The notes: a model not told the origin generated them from the letters alone. A DNA stretch of 63,843 bases, filler included, from Octopus bimaculoides (GCF_001194135.2; 6 parts of 6 records of this genome joined end to end with filler, not necessarily neighbours in it); one strand, 5' to 3'; positions 1 to 11,341 are shown, numbered from the whole stretch's first letter. A program made the numbers and translations.

Positions 1-34
<34 letters not shown>

Positions 35-40
35 TATATA
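1..40. repeat. (AT)n microsatellite at the RTE 3' tail
   Basis: Direct reading. Confidence 0.9.
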
Positions 41-47
41 AATACAT

Positions 48-2013
48 ATGACGATTGCTTCATCTTGACAGATGATAGCCGTCCCATCAACACACCCACC
101 ACACCCTATATCACACAGCACAATCACTCCGTTGATGAGCCCTTAGATGGCTTTTAGCACCACCTGCTGACTGACAGAGTTTAAAACAAGTGACAAGTAT
201 TATTTAAGTTACTTCTGTGTCTTTGCCCTTTGGAATTTGATTCTGAAGGAATGTTTTTGTGAACTCGCATATGTTTTTTAAGTACAGATATTGTCTTACA
301 AGTCGTAAGAGACGGTTGGTGTCCAAGATCATTCCCTATCTGGGCATTACGATTTTCATGTGACTTCATATTATTCACGTATCCTGCTTTTGACAACAGA
401 ACACGATCACATATAATACATATCCAATGTTCACTGTTGATTACAGTTCCAATTGTTCCTTTGCGACAGGCCCTTTTAAGTTCAGAGTGCTGAATCAATT
501 TTTCCTCCCAGGCATTGCAACCAGTCCTAACAAGCACCTCTCCACTTGTTCCGAGCTAGAACATCATTTTCCCAATCACTTTTGTTCATATCTAGTTTCT
601 TCAAGTTTTCCTTCACACAGTCTTTATACCTTTTCCTCGGATTATGTTCTTGTCGCTTACCAGAGTTGAGCTCACCATAAAAAAGACGCTTTGGCAAATG
701 CTCGTCTTTTATTCTAATAACATGTTCAGTCCATCTCATTTGAGCCAGGATAACATGTTGTTCAATTGAGCTGCAACTTGCCATGCGCAAAACCTCTGTA
801 TCTGGTATGAAACATTCCCACTTGACTCCTAAGATACGTCTGAGGCACTTTTTATGAAATCTCTCCAGCATTTTTATATGATGCTTGTAAGTGGTCCATG
901 TCTCACTTGAATAAAGAAATGCAGACAATACACACGCTTTATAGACACTGATTTTTGTCTGCGGGGAAATACCTCTAACAACCCACACTCGCTTTTCGAG
1001 CTTTCAAAATGCAAAAATTCCCTTCCCTATTTGATAGTATATCTCTGCATCAAGACTACTATTTCTTGACAGTGTGCTTCCTAGGTAAACAAAGGTGTCA
1101 ACGACTTCTAACCTCATTCCATTCACAAAAATGTTTGGTTCAGAATATGTTTGTCCTGGGACGAGAGTAAACATTACTTTGGTTTTCCCTAGATTAATTG
1201 TGAGTCCGAAATGTACACACGTAGCGGAAAATCTGTCCATTAAATGTTGCATATCTCCTTCTGAGTGTGCCAACAAATCAGCATCATCAGCATAAAGTAA
1301 TTCTCTAACAAGTATTTTGAAAGTCTTTGCTTTGCTGTTAAACCGGGTCAAATTAAAAATAAAATACGACCAGATGTCCGAAATCTGAAATCTGATTCTA
1401 ATTCCTCTGTTGCAATCCTTGAAAGCATACCAAAACAATGCAGCAAAAAAAACAAAAATAGAGAAAAGTGTAGGGACAGGAATATCTCCCTGTTTGACAC
1501 CGTTGTCCACCAAAAATTCATGAGATAGCTCACCATTAAAGACTATCTGAGCTTTCATGTTTCTGTGTAGTTCCTACAAATGTGTAGGGCAACAAAGTTT
1601 ACACAAAACAATCCACAGTGCCTCCCTGTTTACCATGTCAAATGCATTAGTTAAGTCTATCAAGACCTGGTATAGTGGCATTTGTTCCTCTAAAAGCATT
1701 TCTCTTGATCCTGCGTCACAGAAAATATCATATCCACTGTTCCTCGCTCAGGTCTGAAACCACACTGTTCTTCAGGAATCACATGTAGACATGTGTCTCA
1801 ACAAGACGATCTAACATGATCCTTAAAGTATCTTCCCGGTATGTGCCAGGAGAGTTATCCCTCTACAATTACCACACACTGCTTTTGAGCCCTTACCCTT
1901 GCATACAGAGATTAGAATGTCATTTATCCATTCTTGTGGCACAAAAGATTCATTTCAAACTCGAGTTATCAGGTTATGAATATCAGACTAAATATGATCC
2001 CCACCTAGGGCTC
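48..2013 (-). mobile_element. 5'-truncated, decayed RTE-clade LINE (RT domain, C-terminal region, C2H2-like zinc fingers, 3' end running into an (AT)n tract)
   Basis: Minus-strand ORFs 1004-1558 (GVKQGD..PTLF, LLYADD, GLTINLGKTKVM, FVYLGS) and 527-988 (TKISVYKACVLS..LYSSETWT, RW..HV.R...LPKRLFYGEL) are typical RTE ORF2 segments broken by frameshifts. 1560-2013 translates to RT N-terminal motifs (EQCGFRPE, YQVLIDLTNAFDMVNREALW). 181-537 has CIICDRVLLSKAGYVNNMKSH and KKHMRVH. Confidence 0.92.
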
Positions 2014-2088
2014 GCCAGTTATGATGGTTGATTATATGCAATTTGTAGTTAGGCATTTGCAGCTAAACGCTTTCTGTTGCAGAACATT

Positions 2089-2220
2089 CTGAAAAGCAGC
2101 CTAGGGGACGATTACAAAAGCATAAATGGCATAATAGGCCTTGGTTATTAGGATCGCCTTAAAAAGCTCAAACTTTATTCTCTCTAATGTCGCTGTCAGC
2201 ACTACATCATTTGTACTATT
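2089..2220 (+). mobile_element. Degraded CR1/L2-like LINE ORF2 3' fragment
   Basis: Translates to ..GLGY*DRLKKLKLYSL*CRCQHYIIC, matching the CR1-type motif LxYWxRLKxLKLYSLQRRRERYxII also seen at 61916-62200. The stops are single changes from TGG and CAA. Confidence 0.6.
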
Positions 2221-2377
2221 CTGACGACATTGTTCAAATGACGCTCATATGCATATATGTATGTGTGCGCGCGCATGTGTATGCGCGCTTGTGTGTGTGT
2301 TACCAGGTTTCCTGAAAGGAAAGAAAACACTGTTAAGCATACAATAAATGATTGGTTATAAAACATGAAGGGACCTG

Positions 2378-2500
2378 GTGGTCTATAGTGCTAGGCTTAC
2401 GCTCGATTCTTAGACCAGGTGACGCACTGTGTCCCTGCGCGATGCATATCATGTCACGTTGCTCCAATTTACTCAACTAAAAATGAATACCAGCTGAATG
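2378..2500 (+). mobile_element. Degraded SINE family D copy
   Basis: Similar to the reverse complement of 19851-20097 (gaccaggtgacgcactgtgt..cacgttgctccaa..ctcaact..aaaaatgaata). Confidence 0.5.
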
Positions 2501-2510
2501 CGTGCGCAGC

Positions 2511-2564
2511 CTCTCTCCTTCTCTCTCCCTCTCAGTCTCTCTCCCTTTCAGTCTCTCTCCCTCT

Positions 2565-2616
<52 letters not shown>
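2511..2616. repeat. (CT)n / CTCTCCCTCTCAGT compound microsatellite
   Basis: Direct reading. Confidence 0.95.
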
Positions 2617-2618
<2 letters not shown>

Positions 2619-3335
2619 TCCCCAATGTTCCGGTGTGTCAATGGAGGGATGGTTGAGGAAGTGAGAGAGAGAGAGAGACTACCCAGACACTGCAAATCTA
2701 ACCGGTAACAACCACTTGCGAGAAACTGGCAAGGTTAGCTTATAGGAAACATGGTATTCGTATGTGTTCAAGTTCTTGAACATATCAGCCAGTGTGGTTG
2801 TTGTTGTTGTTCATTCCCTGACTGAGTAGACCTATGATGAAAAGTATTTCAGTCGTGACCATCTCGACTTTTTTAAGGCTTAATGTTTCCTGAGCTACAT
2901 TATCTAATGAGTTCCTCTTCAGGTTTGACTTTTGTTGTTCAGTCCAAGGTCATCTTTAATCGACCTTTCTATTCGTGGCCAACTCGTCATTGAATGTATC
3001 AACTAAATGTATCTTCATTGCAACGGTCAATCATGATTTGAAAAAGATTGTGCTATTATTTCGCTAGGGCTCTCCAGTTATGATGGTTGATTATATACGA
3101 TTTGTAGTTAGGCGTTTGCAGCTAAACGCTTTTTGTTATTATTAGTTAAACATTAATGAAGCAAGAGTTTGGCTATTTAACTTACTTCATCACAGATTTC
3201 CTCTGATTTTTAAGTACAATTTAGAATTATAATCCGACGATATGCTACTTTTTAAAAAAATTAAATGCTTCTTTGTTTTGTTTTTTAAATCATTTTATTG
3301 ATAATCTTCGTGATATAATGTGCTCTATTTCTCAG

Positions 3336-3673
3336 ATGAAATTCGATTTATTATGTGGGACGGACGAGATTTGCAATACCCACTTCAATCTGGAGCTCAC
3401 GAGCCCTTCTTCAAATTTGCTTTTGAGCGGAGAAAGAAAATATATTGAAATTGTTGCGAAAGTTGAAAACGTTAATGAACATGCATACAACACAAAAGCT
3501 CATATAAATTTCCCATCCTGGCTAGAGTACGTGACAGTAAAGAAACATAACAACGGTATCAATAACGTAACGTGTTCCATCGAGAGTAACCAATACAAAC
3601 TAACATGTTTCCTCGGATATCCAATGAGAGAGAAGAGCACCATCTCGTTCCTGCTCACATTCATAGCCAATTG
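3336..3673 (+). CDS. Integrin alpha chain internal exon (calf-1 domain)
   Basis: Acceptor tttctcAG (ends 3335), donor GTAAGT (3674); 338 bp, phase 0 to phase 2. Peptide MKFDLLCGTDEICNTHFNL..LLLSGERKYIEIVAKVENVNEHAYNTKAHINFPSWLEY..VTCS..KLTCFLGYPMREKSTISFLLTF matches integrin alpha motifs F..CG.D..C, V.N.GE.AY, C.LG.PM. Confidence 0.88.
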
Positions 3674-3859
3674 GTAAGTAGAGAAAAGAAGCTTGTAACT
3701 TTCTTATATAAATCAAAGCATTTTAAATAGATACGAAAGTAGTTGTGAATTTGCTATTGATAAATCTTTAATTCAAATCAAAAACAATGTGNNNNNNNNN
3801 NNNNNNNNNNNNNNNNNNNNNNNNNNNNNNNNNNNNNNNNNNNNNNNNNNNNNNNNNNN

Positions 3860-3891
<32 letters not shown>

Positions 3892-4729
3892 GTCTGAAGT
3901 ATTAGAGGGTTGAGCTGTGTTCAGTCTGAATTAATCTAAAGGCGATCGCATGCAAGCAACACGCATTTAAAGAGGTCAGCTATGACTACTCACACCGGGA
4001 CTCAATCTAGGCAGATACTACCGAATAAAGAAAGCACCTCCCATTCTTAATCTAATATCACACACTAAGGCAATATGTGAAATATACAGATAAGAACTGA
4101 GGATTAAATCTCGGGATCTGGTAGGACAGAATGTTTTCAGCACAAAAAATTACAATATGTTAATTTAAAACTGTAACTATTATCCATAGAATTTAATATT
4201 TATAAATGGCCATAAGTTATGAGGTAGTCAATTCTGATGAACTGGAATTCAAATCATAACCGAATCAATTTTGCCTCCCAAAGTCTATATCATAAATACT
4301 AATAACATACAATGTCAAATAAATGAGCGACTTTAACAAAAAAGGATCGCGTAAAACAAGCTTTTAGCTCTGATGGTAGTGAGCCAGGACTTTTAAACTA
4401 AATAAATGTTTAACATATGACTAGCCCCTGGTTTTGTGATCAATTCTTATTAAAGGAGTTTTGCCAAGATTGCTATTAATTTGCTCTCGTTACAAAGCCA
4501 ATGCTTTATATTAACCATTTCTTTAGACGGAGGTAAACAGAATCAACTTTTTTGTGCTGAGGCATTGTTCATCTCTTCTGATCAGATAAAAAGTAGCCAT
4601 ACGAGAGCCAACCAGAGTTTAACTATTTCTACAAGATCTGCATATCTATTTAAATCTTGAGTTAACTATTAAAGTTGATATTTTCATGTAAACATCAACA
4701 TTTTTATTGTTGTTTTGTATAATTTGCAG

Positions 4730-4861
4730 GATGCCGATACCAAAAGATCTTGAGGTGAATATGTCAGTCACAACCGACAGTGTTGTTCCAAAGGAATATT
4801 TAAATAAAACAGTCTCTCTTACAATTCCTGTGAAGAAGAAATCCGTGGTGAAGCTTTTTGG
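4730..4861 (+). CDS. Integrin alpha chain internal exon (end of calf-1)
   Basis: Acceptor aatttgcAG (ends 4729), donor GTACAT (4862); 132 bp, phase 2 to phase 2. Joins the previous exon in frame (TG|G = Trp): MPIPKDLEVNMSVTTDSVVPKEYLNKTVSLTIPVKKKSVVKLFG, fitting the N...l.ipv....l.i.G motif. Confidence 0.85.
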
Positions 4862-6912
4862 GTACATTATTTTTATTATTATCGATTCATTCTGGGGTTA
4901 TTCAGTAAGTCTTCAAACTATAATGGCGCCATTCCCTTCGGTAGTTAATTGATAAATTTCTCTAAACTTCTCAATAGAGAACATCAAAAGAGCCATTTCT
5001 TTAAATTCCCCCTTCATTCTGTCATGTCGATTCGTATTAATTATGAGATATTGTATCTTGACCAAGGAAATCAATATCTATCCCAAAAAAGAAGAAACAG
5101 TTAAAACGTATGTATTACCGATTTCTAGTTTAATAGATTCAAAGACCCAGTATTTTAAAGAGGGGACGGGAAGTGATGTACTTACCATTCCTAAGGGTAG
5201 TAATTGCATAAGAATATTTAATGGTTTCAGTCGGTTATTGAAACTTCACTGACGTGTAGACTTGCTAAGAGTTTCCATCTTAATGTAAAATAAGCTAAGA
5301 CACTACTGCTTTCAGAGGCGAGCTACAAATATTTACAACTGAGGCAACCAAGCAAGAAATGTCTTTCCTTTGATCTTTGTGGTAGCTCCAGTGATAGGTA
5401 CCAATTGGGGCCGTTTTCGCAGCATTAGAGGAACCTGCGAAAATCATTACACTGTGCCTTACAGTATTTATTTGGCAGCAAGCTATAACATACATAAATA
5501 AGAATTGGGCCCCATAGACCTGTGAAACCAAAGCATTAAGACGACACTGGTCTGTTATGTTGTTGATTCTGTCAGTAGACACCCACATGTTCCCTCAATT
5601 AAAGACTGACTCCTTCAAGAAAGAACAAGACTTGTAACTGCAAATATCGAATGCAACCATGTATGTAGAGTTTCAAATTTGTTCAATTGAAAACCCAATT
5701 AGATTATTGTTGATACCGTAGTTTAGCGCTGATTGAGCAGATTTATGGTCAAGTATGTTCCAGCTGTGACCATTGTCTTTTTTTCTATCTTCAATTATAT
5801 TTCATTATCCAAATTTCTTTTTCTATTTTAAGATGATAAAGGTATTTCTAGCGGTTCTAGAGGTTACATAGAAGCTCTTGTACTGGATGGATTAAATAGT
5901 TATTTATTCATGAAAAGCTAATCACTACAATTAAGTGTTAGAAAAGAAGAGTTCATTAATCGTTGCTATTGAAAGCGAACAGCAACTTTTGTTAAGATTT
6001 CATCTCGTAATGATGAGACATTGAAACAAAAATCAAGCATCGCCAGGCTTTTATAACCTTTTTACACGAGCCCACGGAGATCCAATCTTTTCACTCAACC
6101 AGGTAGAAATAGCAGTGAAATATCCTTCAAATTACACCTTTACTGTCTTAATACATAACATTCCAGCATTAAAAAAATTAAAAGAGGCTCATGGCTAGAA
6201 GGACATTGATTTTCGGTCTACAGGATCAGAGCTACTATGATGCTCAACAACAACAGAAAAAAAACTGCTTACAGCACTAGTAAAGATATAGAGAGCTAAT
6301 TTCCTATATCGAAATATTGATTTCTTATATAGAACGCTTAATAAGATTCGGGAGATAAAGCTGTGTTGTTAAGAAATTCAGCTTTTTTAAAACAACATAA
6401 TCTCAGGCACTTAGGACAAATGTTTTCCAACATAGTGACGGTTTTTCCGAATCTTTGTAAATGAAATTTGGTGGAAGGAAACTGAAAACTCGTCTGTTCC
6501 AATTATTGGATACAGATTTAATTCGTTGCTTGTTTTATCACCTGACCCTCGGGTTCCTTTTACAGCCTTTTGGCCCAGGTTCTCAGTCCAAGGACAACTT
6601 TCTCCCCCTCCTCAATTTTCGTGGTCATGAAAAAGGTCGCTGACGATGCTTTTCTTTCTCTGATTATGATATCAAGACCAAATTAGAAATATTTTAGATT
6701 TATCAAAATATTTGCTTTTACTACATATACGCAAAATGAACGCTGAAACGGAAGCGTTGGACTATCAGCTGATGAATCAAGTTTGAATCTGTTACAGATT
6801 TGGGAAGGGCACATAATCCTCTGAAATAAAGTATAAGACACTGTCAATTCTCAATTGAAATATTAGTCTTTCCTTTCTACTTTAATACCTCGTTATCATG
6901 ATATGAAATAAC

Positions 6913-7040
6913 GCAGCTAGTTGGCAGAGTCGTTAGCACACCGAGCAAAATGCTTAGCGGCATTTCTGGTTATATGTTCTGAGTTCAAATTCCGGCGAGG
7001 TATGCTTTGCATTCAACTCATCGATAAAATAAGTTAAACA
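6913..7040 (+). mobile_element. SINE family B, partial
   Basis: tggcagagtcgttagcacaccgagcaaaatgcttagcgg..gttctgagttcaaattcc matches the full copy at 39077-39306. Confidence 0.8.
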
Positions 7041-7324
7041 GCAAAATGTCAGGCTTTGTACCTAAATTAGAAATGATTATTACAATATGATATCTCACCA
7101 AAAGTTTCCAGTTTCAACCGTAACGCTTAATGAACTTTTGGCGTAGGCAAGAGACCAGGAATTCTGGGAGTGACTTCTCTTGAACTTATTGGCGCCCTAC
7201 TCTTTGGGATCACTTTTATTCTTTTACTCTGTCCAAAGCTACTAAACCGAAAAGAAATCGCTATCGTATTTGCAATAGAAAATCTATGCAGTTTGTGAAA
7301 CAATTGAACTTTTCTCCTTTACAG

Positions 7325-7526
7325 AATACCTGAACCTGATCTTTACATCCACAAGAGTAGCAGCAAGAGTAGTAGCAAGAGTAGCAGTGATGAAGTAGCT
7401 GTGATAAGTCACGCCTTTATCTTAGAAAATATTGGTCCAAGCGAAGCACACAACCTTGTATTTGAAACATTTGTTCCATATCTAATCATACGAAATATGA
7501 CCATTATGACTCTCGATTCAGTGAAG
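7325..7526 (+). CDS. Integrin alpha chain internal exon (calf-2 start); absent from the ORF track
   Basis: Acceptor tttctcctttacAG (ends 7324), donor GTAAGA (7527); 202 bp, phase 2 to phase 0. GG|A = Gly, then IPEPDLYIHKSSSKSSSKSSSDEVAVISHAFILENIGPSEAHNLVFETFVPYLIIRNMTIMTLDSVK, with the calf-2 hallmark H.Y/F.l.N.GPS and l.i.wP equivalent. Confidence 0.88.
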
Positions 7527-7969
7527 GTAAGAAAGATCTGATGCTCAAATTATATTTTGTGTTTTACGTTTAATCGAATTAAAATGATGTTGAAGTTCCT
7601 TGAAGTACAATCACCATACCCTTATGCTTGAAATATGTTTTGGTTCTGCTGTTACTTGCCTTGATAAACCTCTATAAATTCTTGACCTTGTGTGTAAATA
7701 ACCAGTGAATGGCATAAATGAGGCGTATAAGATTACTACACTGCCAAATACACCACACAATATCAATTTTTGCTTATAACACTTTTACTTCAAGTTATAA
7801 AGTAGCAAAATAATAGAGTGAATATTAAACTCTCAAAAATAATGAGATTAATTCAATTACAGATGGTTTTGATGCAGAGTACTTTATTGAATATTATCTC
7901 ACTTTACTTAACTTTTGGGTAATATCTGCCATTTTCAGAGAAAATGTTAAAATAGATGATGTCTTTCAG

Positions 7970-8067
7970 TATACACATTCAATCAAACCACTCTGTTTAT
8001 CGAAGCGACCATCACAAATATTTAGGAAAGACTCTGACACGATCTCATTCCCCATCTTGCCTGAACA
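7970..8067 (+). CDS. Possible next integrin alpha exon (tentative)
   Basis: Acceptor gtctttcAG (ends 7969) gives the phase-0 frame YTHSIKPLCLSKRPSQIFRKDSDTISFPILPE, with a Cys roughly where calf-2 has one. The donor GTAATT at 8068 is weak. Confidence 0.3.
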
Positions 8068-8203
8068 GTAATTGGCTAATGAAGTTAATGCAAGAGACTG
8101 AAAAAGTAAGAGGCATGCTCTTCGCTAATCAACTAAACAACACCGTTTCAATTCACGAAAGAATGAAAATAATTGCACTTTCTTTTAATTCTTTTTATCG
8201 TTA

Positions 8204-8400
8204 GCTGAGTTGTGCAGTGGTGAAATCGATAAGGCGTCAGAAAAAAATGTCTTGCGATGTTTCATCCGGTTCTTATCGTTCTAAGTTCAAATCACACGGA
8301 GGTCAACTTTGCCTTTTATCATTCCGTAGGTGATAAAATAAAGTACAGGATTTTATATAATCGATACTCTACCACTGAAATATCAAGTCTTGTATCTATG
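8204..8400 (+). mobile_element. SINE family B, diverged
   Basis: gttctaagttcaaatcacacggaggtcaactttgcctttt..gataaaataaagtac. Confidence 0.65.
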
Positions 8401-8944
8401 CAAGAAATCTTTATTTATACTTTTGGTATAGTATTCTTGAAAATGTGCAAGCGTCACTATATACTACTCTTCCTTCTCTGAAAGTATCAGGTATTGATGG
8501 AAGACTAAAGATGTAAACGATTCAGAACCGTACAGTTTTTTTTTATATCTTTTAGTCAGGAAGGAAGATAGTGACAGCGACACTTCATAGAGCCTTCGAG
8601 ACTAGTGGGAGGAAGAGAGAAAGCTATGCTCTAATCGGAGAACCGCCTTGAATATTTGCAACAGAAAGGATCCCACTAAAGGTACCCGGGGCACAAGTCT
8701 TAAAGTAGGCCAGCTAGCGCAGCAGAGGCGACAGGTAGGGGCAGGAAATGGTCTATCCCAGGCGATCCTTTTATGGAGGTGGTCTATATAGATTTCATGC
8801 ACGGAGACGGGGGTGGGAGAGAAACTCCTAGGCTACTCCGAGAAGTACACACTCTCGTTACGTCACTGAACAAGGAGACAAATTTAACCTACCAATCAAG
8901 TACACAATGGTACCATTGGAACTCAGAGGAATTAAGATAAACAA

Positions 8945-10128
8945 AGTTCCTTTTTAATCTAAACTATACTCTCCTACATTTTCTATAATGCTCTTCCATC
9001 TATCTGGTAGGCTTGCAAGGCCCCTCTTCAAAAATTCACTTGTCCGTGATGAAAAATACTCTTCCAGTACCTCATCTTCAGAATTCATATTTTTTCCGTC
9101 CAAATAATTTTGAAGACTGCGGAATAAATGATAATCAGATGGGGCAATGTCTGGCGAATATGGTGGGTGGGGCATTGTTTCCAATTCAAACTGCTCCAGC
9201 CTTTGGAATGTCATTCCCGCTGTATGTGGCCGAGCATTATCCTAATGTAAGAACATCTTTCGTCTTGAAATCAAAGATGGTTGTTTTTCTTCTAGCGCTG
9301 ACTTAAGCCGCTCCAGCTGCTCGCAGTATATCTCCGTTGTTATCGTTTGGTTTGGGTTTAAAAGCTCAAAGTGGACTAAACCTTTCACATCCCACCAAAC
9401 AGATAACATCTTACGTGCGTGAAGACCTTCTTTAGCTTGGGGTGCGTGTGTTTCTCCTCTCCCTACCCACTGTCTTTTTACTCACTGACATTTTTATAGA
9501 GAAACCATTTCTCGTCACCAGTCTCGCTATTCGGTCCAAAATAAGATCATTTGTGAGACGTGACAGCAAAGAAGAGCACACATTCACTCTCCGCGTGCGA
9601 TTAGACTTGGAAAGTTTGTGAAGAACCCATTGACCCAATTTGCTGACATTTCCGATGGCACGCAGGCGTAGATGAATAGTTGAATGACTAAATCCAAGCT
9701 GGTCTGCTAGTTCCTCAACAGTTACGGGATGTTTTCCACCAGAATTTGCAGGACGTCCTCATCGAGCTCTGCAGACCGTCTAGGACGTGACTCGTCTTCT
9801 AGACTGTAGTTTCCGGTTCGGAATTTCTGGAATCACTGTCGACACTGGTTTACGCTTATTGTCCGATCCCCATATTCTGCATTAATATTCCTCTCACTTT
9901 CCGTTGCGTTATTGCCTTTACTGGACTCATAAAGCAAAACATGCCGAATATGCTACTTTGTCACTTCCATTATAGTTTGCACTGTTCAAAACTTGCAGTA
10001 AGAATAAGTACAAAGTAAAATTACTGCCTGCTTTTAATAGTAAGTTGATGCAGGTAGTTTATCCCGTCACCCTCAGACTTTTTGTTCGTGCAATTGAAAA
10101 GAGCCGCATTATTAATAGGATAACCCTA
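8945..10128 (-). mobile_element. Mariner element: 5' end with TIR-like sequence (..cattattaataggataaccc) abutting (TA)n; 3' TIR not found
   Basis: Transposase above plus a putative terminus at about 10105-10128 next to TA; no matching inverted copy left of 8954. Confidence 0.75.
8954..9970 (-). pseudogene. Full-length but disrupted mariner (DD34D) transposase
   Basis: ATG at 9970 (MEVTK..HIRHVLLYE..GNNATES); WVLHKL (WVPHEL motif), GDEKWFLY, MLSVWWDVKG, DNARPH, HPPYSPDIAPSDYHLFRSL. I count 34 residues between the second and third catalytic Asp. Several stops and frameshifts. Confidence 0.93.
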
Positions 10129-10150
10129 TATATATATATATGTATATATA

Positions 10151-10250
10151 NNNNNNNNNNNNNNNNNNNNNNNNNNNNNNNNNNNNNNNNNNNNTTAATT
10201 AATTAANNNNNNNNNNNNNNNNNNNNNNNNNNNNNNNNNNNNNNNNNNNN
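10151..10250. other. Artificial scaffold-joining spacer (44 N + TTAATTAATTAA + 44 N)
   Basis: Identical 100-bp construct occurs five times; the 12-mer gives stop codons in all six frames. Confidence 0.97.
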
Positions 10251-11261
10251 GATAAAATAAGTGCCAGATGAAAATTGGGGCTGATGTAACTGACTTAGCC
10301 CCTCTCCTGAAATTGCTGGCCTTGGGCCGGAATTTGAAACCAATATTTGGCAGTTGTTGCAGAATTTATATATCAGAAAATTTAATGTTTTTTTTTTAAT
10401 CAAACATACCTTTTACTCTTAAATAACCCACCAAATCTTTTATTCATCTATATTTTGATTATTTAGACATTATCGGGTTAATCAAAAAATCAAGTCATTA
10501 AAATTTTTTTTTTTTTTTCACATGTTGTAAATCAATTATGTACAAACTGTGACCTACAGGACTTCCTGAATGACACACCAATGAAAAATTACCTTGAAAT
10601 TTTTTTAATAGTGTAACCCACCTGATAATGAGTCATGTTTCATAAAGCCCACTTCTTGAAAAAGGCTACTCATGCTTGCCCCAAATCACAGGATAATATA
10701 CCAATATATAAAAAAAAACAGGTTGACTACAGCACAACTGCCTTTTAAATAAATCTTCAATCATCTATTTCTTTTCCATTGAAATGCAAGAAAAGGTGAT
10801 CTAGACAAGAGATCTTACTAATCATCTTTTAATTGCAACCCTGAATAAGATACCTAAATAACTTTGAATGCTCCAGTTTGTATGACTTAACAAAAATATA
10901 TAATTAATTAAATAAATAAAAACACAAGTCCAACAGAAATAAGCGGTGGTCTTTATCTGTAAAAAGGTATCCAATAAATGGATGAAACTTGCGTACCCTG
11001 AGGAGAAAGGAATTATGAATCCAGATGTTAGAATTTTTTAAATCTTTTTTCTGGATATGAACTTTTTCCAGTTTGTGAACTTGAGCAATTTGAAATACAT
11101 AGATAAATAAAATAATAGGTTCAAATTTTCCTTCATATATAAGTGGTTGGCTGCAGGAATGATATCTAGCTGCAGAAACAATTGTTTCAATAAATAAATA
11201 AATAAATAAAAAAACATGGAAGCAGAGATAGACTGGGGGGGGGACAAACACAGACACACAA

Positions 11262-11340
<79 letters not shown>

Positions 11341-11341
<1 letters not shown>

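Noticed and set aside
5043-5588. ORFs 5043-5252 (+) and 5295-5588 (-) inside the integrin gene as extra exons or a nested gene
   Set aside because: Exons 4730-4861 and 7325-7526 already join in phase with a continuous integrin motif; no recognisable family or convincing splice pair.
7950-8010. IKPLCL resembling the trypsin-family PICLP motif
   Set aside because: No catalytic His/Asp/Ser motif exons nearby; it lies in the expected position of an integrin exon instead.
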